Virus record (IMG/VR): IMGVR_UViG_3300010413_002950
Coordinates: 1-64,000 of that record
Source: a virus
Length of the DNA stretch: 64,000 nt
Reading direction: 5' to 3' (one strand)
Below are positions 9,435-18,806 of the stretch, piece after piece. Below the pieces are notes generated by a model that was given only the letters and a program-made list of their open reading frames with translations, was not told the DNA's origin and did not search any database. The position numbers and the translations under genes are program-made. Positions within the stretch are counted from its first letter, which is position 1; each line of letters opens with the position of its first letter.

Positions 9435-9637
9435 CCGTTTGTCCTAGCTAACCAAGAAGTAACTATCAAAGTACCAGTATGCCCAATTCCAAAAACTTCA
9501 GAATCATCATCAATTTGCGACACTGGAATCCAAATTGGCTCATCAAAAATATCTGCTTCTACAAGAATTGCTTTCTGTGTTTCTTGCAACACTTCACAAT
9601 TCTCTATCTCAAATGTTTTATCGTAATCGTCTGACAT
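9425..9637 (-). CDS. small acidic phage protein
   Basis: ETQKAILV...WIPVSQI pattern. Confidence 0.65.
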   Translation of the reverse strand: MSDDYDKTFEIENCEVLQETQKAILVEADIFDEPIWIPVSQIDDDSEVFGIGHTGTLIVTSWLARTNGWI

Positions 9638-9640
9638 ATA

Positions 9641-9862
9641 CTACTCACTGGGCCAAATTTGTTTACCATCGAAATCCTTAAGGTGTACACCAAATTCATT
9701 AAATATGTCAACTATTTTAGGATTATTCAAGCTAGCTAAAGAAGCTATAACAGCTAACATAGCTGGACTTGTACCAGGTTGCCAAGATATTACGTGTTCC
9801 TTACCATCGATTTCTATATTTGCAGTACTTACCGGTATCTTTTTATAATGCTGTTTTCTCAT
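9641..9862 (-). CDS. hypothetical protein
   Basis: 73-aa ORF with GAGG SD. Confidence 0.55.
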   Translation of the reverse strand: MRKQHYKKIPVSTANIEIDGKEHVISWQPGTSPAMLAVIASLASLNNPKIVDIFNEFGVHLKDFDGKQIWPSE

Positions 9863-10193
9863 TTTTACCTCTAAAAATTCTTCTGAAAAATCGCTTTACA
9901 GATCTCCAAAATGTATCTTCAGTATAAACCATATTACTGGGATTCTCACACTCTTCAGCTGCCACAACCCACTGTCCATCTTTCTCAATAGCTATAAGCA
10001 AATAGAAGGGAATCTGATCTCCATCTTTTACAACCTTAAAGCATTTAGATATAGCTAAATATTCTATTGTTCTTTTGCAATAATCTCTTTTCACATCTAG
10101 CACTATGCAATTACCAAAATACCTGTAAAGAGCTTCTTCATGCTCATTGATCATGTCCATTGTAAGCATGAATCTACCAAGCCTTTTAACCAT
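9843..10193 (-). CDS. hypothetical phage protein
   Basis: 116-aa tiled ORF. Confidence 0.6.
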   Translation of the reverse strand: MVKRLGRFMLTMDMINEHEEALYRYFGNCIVLDVKRDYCKRTIEYLAISKCFKVVKDGDQIPFYLLIAIEKDGQWVVAAEECENPSNMVYTEDTFWRSVKRFFRRIFRGKNEKTAL

Positions 10194-10500
10194 TGGTTTC
10201 TTCTTTCTTGAATTCTTTTTTCAGCAATTCGCTATAATACTTAACAGCTTCTTCTTCAGATTGATTGTATCTACCGCAAGGAACATTCTCTGCTATTTCA
10301 TCCAATTCAGCTTCAACTAAAGCATTAACTAGAGCTACCTTGGGAGCTTTATGTGGCGATCTATAATCATGAAATTCAAACTTCATAATTCTGACAACTA
10401 AATCGTATACATCATCAAGCTTTCTAACCCTCATGATATCTTGCAATAAGTTGTCTGTGCCCTCATCAAAACCAGATTTTAAAGTATCTTCAGCTTTCAT
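10186..10500 (-). CDS. hypothetical protein
   Basis: 104-aa tiled ORF. Confidence 0.6.
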   Translation of the reverse strand: MKAEDTLKSGFDEGTDNLLQDIMRVRKLDDVYDLVVRIMKFEFHDYRSPHKAPKVALVNALVEAELDEIAENVPCGRYNQSEEEAVKYYSELLKKEFKKEETNG

Positions 10501-10652
10501 CTACTTCTCTTTCTGTTTATTTTTTTAAGCAACCATTCTCTATCCATTTTCCCATCTTTATAACCCTTAGCATACATAAAGTCGGCTAAAACAAAACCGC
10601 TTATTTGCAAAAAAAGAAGAAATAAACAAATCGCTTTAACGCTAATACACAT
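10497..10652 (-). CDS. 51-aa single-TM protein (not in ORF track)
   Basis: MCISVKAICLFLLFLQISGFVLA...; ATGA overlap with next gene. Confidence 0.5.
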   Translation of the reverse strand: MCISVKAICLFLLFLQISGFVLADFMYAKGYKDGKMDREWLLKKINRKRSR

Positions 10653-10654
10653 CT

Positions 10655-11050
10655 TCAAACCTCATACGGTACTAAGCTATGGGAAACATCTGTATAGCTT
10701 AATTTTTTAGGCTTGTAAAAGCATTCTATCACTTCAATTATTTTAGTTATTTCAAAATCCCTACATGAAAACATATTGATGATCGCATACCCTCTATGCG
10801 GCCATGTATCTATAGCTGCATGAGACGTAGATAAAACAGCTATACCAGAAATACCTTCTGGTTCATCTTTATCAGGAGCAACCAGTCTAGCCTCCAATTC
10901 TTTTCTTATATTGTATACATGCAACCCAAGAATTCGCATACCAGCTGCTCCCACAGACTCTTTAAGAAAATTAGAAGCTATAACTTCATCCTTGAGCAAT
11001 TCAAACTTCACACCATAAATCTGAATTATGACATGCTTACCGTATTCCAT
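10655..11050 (-). CDS. speD: S-adenosylmethionine decarboxylase-like pyruvoyl enzyme (divergent)
   Basis: YGKHVII, GISGIAVLSTSH, TWP..GYA..NMFSC. Confidence 0.8.
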   Translation of the reverse strand: MEYGKHVIIQIYGVKFELLKDEVIASNFLKESVGAAGMRILGLHVYNIRKELEARLVAPDKDEPEGISGIAVLSTSHAAIDTWPHRGYAIINMFSCRDFEITKIIEVIECFYKPKKLSYTDVSHSLVPYEV

Positions 11051-11754
11051 TAGCTTATTAATTCCTTAAAATCAATTATCTTCAATCCACGGTGCAGTTT
11101 TTGCTGATATAGATAAGTCTGATCAAATTGGATAATGCCATCAGCCACAGCGTAGAAGCCCCTGTACTCTTTCCATCCAGAAAGCCTTTCTCTTTCAACT
11201 TGTAAATCTATTCCCTGCAAAAATCTAATTCCTGCTTCTCTATAGGATTGAAGCAATTGGTTATTTTCATTGCCACCTGGCAAATATACTATCTCTTCAG
11301 GAACAAAGCAACCGAAGATCTCACCAACTGGAATTCTGCCTTTGCCACCACAAGTTCTACATGGGCTAATAGCTCCTATCTTATGTTCTTCTTTCCAGAA
11401 TTTGTGCCAGCTTTGCCTTCTAAGCTTTATGTATTTGCAATAATCCCATCTCACCCCATCTACAACAGCCCAACCACCAGTAGCTTTCTCGACCGTTCCT
11501 AGCCCCTTGCATTTGGCACATACTTCATACCGTCCTTTACAAAAAGAGCACTCCTGAGCCACGCTACAGGCAAAGCAATGGCTAAAATGTCCGTTATTAT
11601 GAACTAAATAGATACAGCTATCTTCCTTAGCTAATTTTGCAGCCATTCTAAAATTGATAATTCGCTTTGAAACCCCCATCTCCTTAGCTTCAGCTATAAA
11701 GCTACCTATTGTTGGATAATGAAAAGTTGAAACCCATTGCAAATACTCTTTCAT
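11050..11754 (-). CDS. hypothetical protein with DnaJ-type CxxCxGxG zinc finger
   Basis: CFAC, CSFCKG, CAKCKGLG, CRTCGGKG. Confidence 0.65.
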   Translation of the reverse strand: MKEYLQWVSTFHYPTIGSFIAEAKEMGVSKRIINFRMAAKLAKEDSCIYLVHNNGHFSHCFACSVAQECSFCKGRYEVCAKCKGLGTVEKATGGWAVVDGVRWDYCKYIKLRRQSWHKFWKEEHKIGAISPCRTCGGKGRIPVGEIFGCFVPEEIVYLPGGNENNQLLQSYREAGIRFLQGIDLQVERERLSGWKEYRGFYAVADGIIQFDQTYLYQQKLHRGLKIIDFKELIS

Positions 11755-11981
11755 CTATTTACATTCCTTATGCTAGCTATGTCTGCTACTTCTACAGATC
11801 CACATATCTTTTCACCATAGTAGACTATAGCCGGTAGATCTTCGATCCAGCCAACATCATCCATCCTGATCTTTACTTCTTGAGATTTCACGCCAGTAAT
11901 TTTGTCTATTACCCTATCGCCATTGGTTTTTCTAATTTCGCACACTTCCCCTATGAAGTGCTCTAGTGTATCAAGTAGCAT
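11751..11981 (-). CDS. hypothetical protein
   Basis: 76-aa tiled ORF. Confidence 0.55.
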   Translation of the reverse strand: MLLDTLEHFIGEVCEIRKTNGDRVIDKITGVKSQEVKIRMDDVGWIEDLPAIVYYGEKICGSVEVADIASIRNVNR

Positions 11982-11982
11982 G

Positions 11983-12294
11983 TTATTCCTCTATTAATTT
12001 CACCAAATCTTCCAATGAAACAAACCTATCAACACAAAGTGGCTTATTTTGCAATTTGTAGCCATTAGAAATATAATATGGGTTATTATGATCAGAGTAT
12101 TTGTCCCAACACAGATAGAATTTACCACATTCTATTTTGCTATAATCAGAATCATGACAATTCCACTTTAGCTTTCTTGCTATTTGTTGATTCTTTAAAT
12201 TCCACTCTTCTGGGACTCCATAAAGCTCATCTTCAATTTTGTCTATTACTTCTTGACGATCTTCTTCACAGTCAAATGCGCCATCTTTACTCAT
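11983..12294 (-). CDS. hypothetical protein
   Basis: 103-aa tiled ORF. Confidence 0.55.
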   Translation of the reverse strand: MSKDGAFDCEEDRQEVIDKIEDELYGVPEEWNLKNQQIARKLKWNCHDSDYSKIECGKFYLCWDKYSDHNNPYYISNGYKLQNKPLCVDRFVSLEDLVKLIEE

Positions 12295-12909
12295 TTACTC
12301 ATTCCTCTCTATATAGCTAGCATCCTGGCTTATTTCCATAACCTTCCTTATATCAGATATTACCAATTGTTCAAGCTCTGGCTTTCGGTTTCTTAGCAAG
12401 AATGCTGGATGGAAAGTTGGAATAGCATGATACTGCTGTAGCTTATTCTTCCATTTAAATTCAACATTTAGAATTTTTCCACGATCTTTAGCTATTCCTT
12501 CTTTTCTACCTTTTACAAGATAGCTAAGAGCTATACCGCCTAATAGTAATAAGGCTTTAGGTTTCACAATTGATATCATAGCATATAATCTACTTTTGCA
12601 AGACCAGAATTCTTCTAAAGATGGATTTCTGTTATTTGGTGGCCTGCAGCCAACAACATTAGCTATAAAGATCTTGCTACTTTTCAATCCAGCTAATTTG
12701 CGCAATTTGTTAAATAGCTTTCCAGATTGATATACAAATTGTTCACAGTTTTCATTTATACCTGCATCTGGAACATCGCTTATAACCATAACCCTAGCAT
12801 CTAGGCTACCGCGATAAAAAACAACATTTGAGCGTTCTTCACACAATTCACATTTAGTGCAATCTTTCCATTTAGCTCTTAGCTTGTTGATCTTTTGCTG
12901 TTTATTCAT
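12295..12909 (-). CDS. family-4 uracil-DNA glycosylase homologue with altered active-site motif
   Basis: CxxC Fe-S ligands, NVVGCRPPNNRNP, TFHPAFLLR. Confidence 0.85.
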   Translation of the reverse strand: MNKQQKINKLRAKWKDCTKCELCEERSNVVFYRGSLDARVMVISDVPDAGINENCEQFVYQSGKLFNKLRKLAGLKSSKIFIANVVGCRPPNNRNPSLEEFWSCKSRLYAMISIVKPKALLLLGGIALSYLVKGRKEGIAKDRGKILNVEFKWKNKLQQYHAIPTFHPAFLLRNRKPELEQLVISDIRKVMEISQDASYIERNE

Positions 12910-12912
12910 TAG

Positions 12913-13164
12913 CTAATACTCACCAGAACCAAAATCGCCTAAATATACGGGTTGGGGTTTTGGCTTATCTGGAAGTTGACGCAACGATTGATAATATCTT
13001 TTACCATCTGCAGTTTGGCAATAACAATCTAATGCATTATGGGAAAACACAAAAGCACCAAGCATATAACATTCTGATTTACACCTCTCACACCAATAAT
13101 TTTCTTCACCACTACAATTAATTGTAAAACATAAAACAACCAATATTGCTAAAATAATCTTCAT
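12913..13164 (-). CDS. secreted or lipoprotein-like Cys-rich protein
   Basis: signal-like N-terminus followed by Cys; several more Cys. Confidence 0.55.
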   Translation of the reverse strand: MKIILAILVVLCFTINCSGEENYWCERCKSECYMLGAFVFSHNALDCYCQTADGKRYYQSLRQLPDKPKPQPVYLGDFGSGEY

Positions 13165-13177
13165 TTTTCACCTTTAT

Positions 13178-13516
13178 TCATTGGTTAACCGCCTTCCACC
13201 ATTCTCTTACCATGTCGAAGAAATCTTCCAACCGCATAGCTACAAAAGCTTCAGCTCGATCATCTCGGATAATAGCTATAGGTATCTTACCTTTAGGTGC
13301 AGATTCAATAGCTTGTTTCAAAGCAGCTCTAGGATTAGGCTTTTTGCCACGCTTCAGCTCAGGCCAGAAGATAGGGCAATCTACGTCAGGAACTTCTTGC
13401 CCACTTCGATACTGAATACCTCTCTTGATTTCAGCTCCAGGCATAACTTCTCGAAAGCGATGAACCAATTCTCTTTCATAATTATGGCCCTTACGCCTTG
13501 AACCCTTGCCATTCAT
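13178..13516 (-). CDS. Holliday junction resolvase (PD-(D/E)xK, Hjc-like)
   Basis: [18 protein letters not shown] motifs. Confidence 0.8.
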   Translation of the reverse strand: MNGKGSRRKGHNYERELVHRFREVMPGAEIKRGIQYRSGQEVPDVDCPIFWPELKRGKKPNPRAALKQAIESAPKGKIPIAIIRDDRAEAFVAMRLEDFFDMVREWWKAVNQ

Positions 13517-13995
13517 TTCTTCAAAAGCCTTTTAGCTATTCCATTAAAACCGCGCATTAATGTGTCCATATGTTTTTCTACGGTTTCAATCCTATTGCTT
13601 AATTCTTTTACTTTATCAAACATCTGTTTAGCATCATCTTCATCAAAAATTGTCATAGTGGTAGAGCATTTGCAACCATGCTTTTCTTGCTGCGGCTGAA
13701 TATCCTTCTTCTTTTCAGACTTAATTAGGTTCACCATGTCTTCAGCTGTTACGCCTTTTAGCTCTTCAATTTCAGCTCTCTGCTTATGCACATAGCCAAG
13801 TAGCTGATCATGGTTCATTGCCGGCAATTCTTCTAATGACTTATCTGTTCTTGATTTCTCTACAGATAGAGCCTGAGTTAATTGAAATGGCTCACTTCGA
13901 TACATTGGATGAAACCAAAATTCGCCTTTTTGCTGCCAACCGCCACCAGTAAGGATATTTTCTATTTCTTCAGCTGTTTTCTTTATTACTGTCAT
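13513..13995 (-). CDS. hypothetical coiled-coil protein
   Basis: ORF 13513..14016; start moved to MTVIKK after SD. Confidence 0.55.
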   Translation of the reverse strand: MTVIKKTAEEIENILTGGGWQQKGEFWFHPMYRSEPFQLTQALSVEKSRTDKSLEELPAMNHDQLLGYVHKQRAEIEELKGVTAEDMVNLIKSEKKKDIQPQQEKHGCKCSTTMTIFDEDDAKQMFDKVKELSNRIETVEKHMDTLMRGFNGIAKRLLKK

Positions 13996-14003
13996 TCTTT
14001 CAC

Positions 14004-15893
14004 CTACGCAGAACACCCAACAGTAGATGCTCCATCTTCCTTGGTTATAGTTATTACTTTATCAAAAAATGCTTCAGTTAGTCCTGCTTCATGGGTTATT
14101 ACTAAAATACTAGATCTCTCTTGCCGTAATTCAGATAGCAAATCTATTACTCTGTTTACTCCCTCTGCGTCAAGTCCATCTAGCACCTCATCCATAAGCA
14201 AAATATCCAGATCGCTATCTTCTCTGGTAGCTACCAGATCCATAAGAGCCAAATCAGAAGCTATGTCTAATTTCTTTTTCTGTCCTGAGCTTGGAGTAGC
14301 TCCAGGTATACCTTCTATCACGAGAGCTATGTTAATTTCATCTCTCAAATCCTTTTTGCTTTTTAGCTCTTTCTGTGTGGTTATATCTACTACTATATCT
14401 CCATCTGTAAGCTTTCGCAAATAATGGTTCATCTGCTGTGTCAAATAAGCCATTACAGAGTCGAGCAAAAGCGAAGGTAGTCCTTGACCTCCAAAGCCAC
14501 TTACCCAAAAATTTAGTAGATTTGACTCATGTCTAGCGGCTTTAAACGCCTGTTTGGAGTTGGCTATCAATTGTTCAAATTCCTTTTGCTTATTTTTAGC
14601 ATTTTTGAGCTGATCTATGTATGGATTTGTAGCTTTCTGTAATCTTTTTGCCTTATCCAAATAGCCCCTTGCTTTCTCCTTCAACACGGCTACTTGCTTC
14701 TCGGCTTCAGCTGCTAGACTATCAAGCTGTCGTTCTAATGAGTTTTTAGTATTTGTGTTATTTTGCAGTTCTGTTGAAACATGTCTCAATTCATTAAGCT
14801 GTTTCTCAATAGATCTAACCCTATTCTCTTGAGCTGATAGCTTCTTCGATAGCTTTTGCTTTTTAGCTATTAGCTGTTTCTTAGTGGCTTCTTGTTGTTG
14901 CTTATATTCAAGACCAGCTCCAGCATTCAAGGGCGATTTACATACAAAGCATTCATCGCCTTCTAGATTCTCTAGGATATCATCTACGGCATAGATATCA
15001 CGGTTAATAGCTTTACTATCAGCTAATAGCTCTGGATATCCTCTTGACTCTACTTCTTTCTCTTCTTCCAGATTCTTCTTCTTTTCTAGCAATTTCTTTT
15101 GTTCTTCAATTTCTTTATCTATAGATGTAATCCGATCTTCTAGTTGTTGTCTTTTATTATCATCTACGGCTACAGACTTAGATTCTTCTATAAGCCTTTT
15201 AGCTTCAGCTACAGCTTCTTCAATATCTGCTTTATTGCCTTCTAGCCAGGTATCTTTTAGCTCTTTCAATTTGTCGATTCCCAAATCGCCAATTCGCTGT
15301 GTAGCTATAGCCATATCATTTTCTAGATTCTCAAGTTGCTTTTCTTTTTCAGAATGCAATCTTCTAGCTTCTTTTTCGGCTTTACGGTAGATCTCCGTTC
15401 TAAGGATACGATGCAACATCTCTTTCCGCTGTGTATCTGTAGCTGAAAAGAAACGACTAATGTTACTGCCTTGACCATACAGAATAGAATTGCAAAAGCC
15501 ATTGAAATCAAGACCTAATAGATCTATAACCTTCTGCTGTGGCTCATCTTGCCATTCTACATCATTCTTTAGAAGGGTGAACAGTGGCTTCTTTTTCAGT
15601 CTTTCTCTCTTTACCTTCCAAGTGTTTTTGCCATCTTCTATGTGCAATTCAACATATGCACTTTTAGCCCCATATCTAATAACCTCATCATATTTGTCTT
15701 TATCAAGAGTATCATGGTAGAGGCACCAGGTAATAGCTTTAAAAATTGTAGTTTTGCCAGAGCCATTTGATATAGCTGCATCTGAATCCCTGTTCTGCCC
15801 TACTATCTGAACAAGGCCAATATCCTTTAGATTTAGATCAAGCTCCTTAATACAGCAAAAGTCTTTAGCTATCAATCTTGTAAGACTAGGCAT
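14004..15893 (-). CDS. sbcC: SbcC/Rad50/gp46-like ATPase
   Basis: NGSGKT Walker A, coiled coil with CFVC hook, SSGQ signature, MDEVLDGLD, VITH. Confidence 0.92.
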   Translation of the reverse strand: MPSLTRLIAKDFCCIKELDLNLKDIGLVQIVGQNRDSDAAISNGSGKTTIFKAITWCLYHDTLDKDKYDEVIRYGAKSAYVELHIEDGKNTWKVKRERLKKKPLFTLLKNDVEWQDEPQQKVIDLLGLDFNGFCNSILYGQGSNISRFFSATDTQRKEMLHRILRTEIYRKAEKEARRLHSEKEKQLENLENDMAIATQRIGDLGIDKLKELKDTWLEGNKADIEEAVAEAKRLIEESKSVAVDDNKRQQLEDRITSIDKEIEEQKKLLEKKKNLEEEKEVESRGYPELLADSKAINRDIYAVDDILENLEGDECFVCKSPLNAGAGLEYKQQQEATKKQLIAKKQKLSKKLSAQENRVRSIEKQLNELRHVSTELQNNTNTKNSLERQLDSLAAEAEKQVAVLKEKARGYLDKAKRLQKATNPYIDQLKNAKNKQKEFEQLIANSKQAFKAARHESNLLNFWVSGFGGQGLPSLLLDSVMAYLTQQMNHYLRKLTDGDIVVDITTQKELKSKKDLRDEINIALVIEGIPGATPSSGQKKKLDIASDLALMDLVATREDSDLDILLMDEVLDGLDAEGVNRVIDLLSELRQERSSILVITHEAGLTEAFFDKVITITKEDGASTVGCSA

Positions 15894-16956
15894 TTTTCAC
15901 ACTTTCTAATAGCTGTTTGCCAACTTTAGCTAATTGCTTTTTATCCAATTCTGTATTTGAGATATTGATGTATTCTTTCATAGCTTGCAAATAATCTATT
16001 GGCCCATTTGTTTTTAGCCTTACAGAGTGATCGCTTACAGGTATATGTTGATAGAAGAGGTGAATACCGTCTTTCTGAAATGGCTCGTAGAATTTCTTAG
16101 CTTCTTCAAGTTTTGTCTTGTAAGCAGAATGAGTACACTCCAACTTTATTCTAACATAATCGTTTTTAATTGGCTTATTGTTATGTCCATTGATCCCATC
16201 AAATTGAAAAAATTCTGGAGCCACGATTGATTTATCTTCAAATTCTACCTTGCTATCATCAAACCTACCAATAACCACTCGCCTTTCTTCTCCAGCATCT
16301 CCAAAATCTTTTTGCATTGGAGCACCTATATACATGCCATGGTTAAATTCTTGTGGGCTATGGAAGTGACCAGCTAAATAGATATGATCTCCAAATTTGC
16401 TAGGGTCAATTCCTTCATCGGCTACCCAAGAGCTATTTAGCCTACAGCCTATAACCGATTGATGAAGCAAAACTACATTTTTATTACTAGGATCAAATTG
16501 AATTTGGCTAAGAGCTTCATTAGTTTTATCTATTGGCATCCAAGGAATAGGATGAAAAGTTACATTTTTTGCAACTATTATTGAGCTATGATCATTACCA
16601 AGAACAGTAATATCAGATTTATCTTCTAATCTTGAAAAGAAATCAACAGCATAATGCTGAGCCTTAGAATTCTTAGCATCATGGTTGCCAGGCAAAATGT
16701 AAACAGTAGTTGCTTCTGCCAATTGCATAATAGCAGCTAAAGCATATTGCAAGGTGATAGCGTCCAATATGCTTTTATCAAACATATCGCCTAATATGAA
16801 TATAGCATCTACTTCTTTAGCTTCAGCTATATTGCCGATTTGCTCAATCATGTTTAGCTGATCCTTGAAGCGATCTGTTATGCCGTTTTCATCTGGCACC
16901 GCATAAGGCCATGAATTGCTTAGATGCCAGTCTGCTGTAAATAAAGCTTTATACAT
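15886..16956 (-). CDS. sbcD: SbcD/Mre11/gp47-like nuclease
   Basis: ADWH, GDMFD, GNHD, HQ, GHFH; adjacent to sbcC. Confidence 0.92.
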   Translation of the reverse strand: MYKALFTADWHLSNSWPYAVPDENGITDRFKDQLNMIEQIGNIAEAKEVDAIFILGDMFDKSILDAITLQYALAAIMQLAEATTVYILPGNHDAKNSKAQHYAVDFFSRLEDKSDITVLGNDHSSIIVAKNVTFHPIPWMPIDKTNEALSQIQFDPSNKNVVLLHQSVIGCRLNSSWVADEGIDPSKFGDHIYLAGHFHSPQEFNHGMYIGAPMQKDFGDAGEERRVVIGRFDDSKVEFEDKSIVAPEFFQFDGINGHNNKPIKNDYVRIKLECTHSAYKTKLEEAKKFYEPFQKDGIHLFYQHIPVSDHSVRLKTNGPIDYLQAMKEYINISNTELDKKQLAKVGKQLLESVKNA

Positions 16957-17669
16957 TACACAATCCTTGGCTTTTCCTTGAATATTTCAAACATTTTACA
17001 TAATTTTACATATTCTTCAACTATTTCATCACAGATTTCAGATAAATCTCTATAAGATGTGTCTATAACTATAGCATCTTTGGGACATTTCAATGGAGCT
17101 ACTTTTCTATGGCTATCGTTCCAATCTCTTTTACCAATATCTATTAGCACATCTTCATAATTAACTTCTTGTCCCATCTGCTTTAGCTCTCTGGTTCTAA
17201 CTGCAGCTCTGAATTCTATGGTAGCATCTATATAGAATTTGAGATCAGCTTCTGGGGCTATTACTGTTCCAGTATCTCTACCTTCAAGAACTACATTGCC
17301 AGCTTCAACATATCTTTTCTGAATGCCAAATAGAAATTCTCTTACTTCTGGAATTGCCGATAGATCAGAAGCTATACGTGAAACTACATTATTATCCAAT
17401 TCATGTGTTCTATCCCTATCATTTACAAAAAATTTATTACAACCATCAACAGAAACAGTTTTAATTTCTACATGTTTCAATTCGTTTATAATCTCGCATT
17501 TAGTAACTTCATCTGTATACATATGGTTACTTCTAAAGTATACCGCCAAAGCTCGATACAGCTTACCTGTTTCAAGCAATAGCATTCCAAGCCTTTCAGC
17601 TAGCATCCTGGCAAGTGTTGTCTTTCCAGCCCCAGAAGGACCATCTAATGTTATTACTATATTTTTCAT
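16956..17669 (-). CDS. cmk: cytidylate kinase
   Basis: DGPSGAGKTT, TGKLYRA, EGRDTGTVIAP, RDWNDSHRKVAPL, IDTS. Confidence 0.95.
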   Translation of the reverse strand: MKNIVITLDGPSGAGKTTLARMLAERLGMLLLETGKLYRALAVYFRSNHMYTDEVTKCEIINELKHVEIKTVSVDGCNKFFVNDRDRTHELDNNVVSRIASDLSAIPEVREFLFGIQKRYVEAGNVVLEGRDTGTVIAPEADLKFYIDATIEFRAAVRTRELKQMGQEVNYEDVLIDIGKRDWNDSHRKVAPLKCPKDAIVIDTSYRDLSEICDEIVEEYVKLCKMFEIFKEKPRIV

Positions 17670-18382
17670 GCTCTGATCCTTTCAAGCGTTGCATAATATT
17701 CTCTAAGGCAATTGCCACAGAATTTACAAGCGTGGGTATCAGCATCTCTACCACAAGTATAGACATATGGATTATGCTTGTATCTACTGTAAACTTCGTC
17801 CCAACCTTCTTGGGTTATAACCCAGTAGCTATTTAACGTTCTTTTTCTATAGCTATAATACTGCTTATGCTCTTTGGGTATGGTTTCTGTGTAGTAAGCC
17901 ATAAAAGTTAAAACTACTGTGACATCTTTAGCCGTATAATGCGCAACTGCATCATTGATAACCCTTATGTTCCAGCAATTAGCTCTAACCCTTACAAACA
18001 TTAAATTCTCTGGAATTGGATCCAGCAAATGAGCAGTACAATCAGTCATTTTGCCAGGGTTAACTGTAAGAACCACAGGATCTTTAAAATGTTTTAGGTT
18101 TTTCGATATAGATGTATTGTAAAATACATTTGCGTAATCTTCTGTGGCTTCACGAACAAGAAATGGTTCATTATTGCTATCGTTACCATCATTAACACGA
18201 ACAATCCTATTAACCGTATCTTCCAGCTCTGGCATGTTTGGTAAATTTTCTTCAAGTGGTTCAAGATATGATCTACCACTTTGAAAGAAGCAATCATCAC
18301 AACCTACAGGGCATTTTCCAGTTTGCGGAATACAGCAAATTATCCCACTGCCCTTAGTTTTTGGATTTTCTATATAACTCAT
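17666..18382 (-). CDS. short radical-SAM-like Fe-S protein (resembles phage Gp88-type)
   Basis: CPVGCDDC (CxxxCxxC) near N-terminus; C-terminal C..CxxCxxC. Confidence 0.6.
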   Translation of the reverse strand: MSYIENPKTKGSGIICCIPQTGKCPVGCDDCFFQSGRSYLEPLEENLPNMPELEDTVNRIVRVNDGNDSNNEPFLVREATEDYANVFYNTSISKNLKHFKDPVVLTVNPGKMTDCTAHLLDPIPENLMFVRVRANCWNIRVINDAVAHYTAKDVTVVLTFMAYYTETIPKEHKQYYSYRKRTLNSYWVITQEGWDEVYSRYKHNPYVYTCGRDADTHACKFCGNCLREYYATLERIRA

Positions 18383-18582
18383 TCTGAACCATACCTAAAT
18401 GAATAGAAGCATTCTTCATCTTCATCAGCTTCAATACCCAATTCTTCTAATCTGGTTCTATCCTCTGTAGATACAACACAAGGATCATAGCAAAACCTGA
18501 TAATATCATGCTCACACCACGTAGGCCATTCTAGATCACCATACTTTAGAAGTATATTCAATGCTTCAATTAAATCGCTCAT
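18379..18582 (-). CDS. small acidic phage protein
   Basis: LIEALNILLKYG...CEHD...LEELG...SFRYGS. Confidence 0.65.
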   Translation of the reverse strand: MSDLIEALNILLKYGDLEWPTWCEHDIIRFCYDPCVVSTEDRTRLEELGIEADEDEECFYSFRYGSE

Positions 18583-18701
18583 TCTTCATCCCTCATTACT
18601 TCTTCAATTCTTTCCTTAGATTTTTTTGTTTCTCTAAAAAACAGCACAACAGTAACAGCTGTCATAGTTACAGCTCCAGCTATAAAGCCTAAAATAAACA
18701 T
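18579..18701 (-). CDS. 40-aa single-TM microprotein (not in ORF track)
   Basis: MFILGFIAGAVTMTAVTVVLFF...; GAGG SD; ATGA overlap. Confidence 0.5.
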   Translation of the reverse strand: MFILGFIAGAVTMTAVTVVLFFRETKKSKERIEEVMRDEE

Positions 18702-18703
18702 AA

Positions 18704-18799
18704 CTACCTCGCAATCGGCCTAAACCAAACAACAAAAACAACTATGCAAATACCCACACCAACAAACATTCCTGTAACAAATGTAGCAAATTCAGCCAT
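18704..18799 (-). CDS. 31-aa single-TM microprotein (not in ORF track)
   Basis: MAEFATFVTGMFVGVGICIVVFVVWFRPIAR; GAGG SD. Confidence 0.5.
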   Translation of the reverse strand: MAEFATFVTGMFVGVGICIVVFVVWFRPIAR

Positions 18800-18806
18800 A
18801 GCTACC

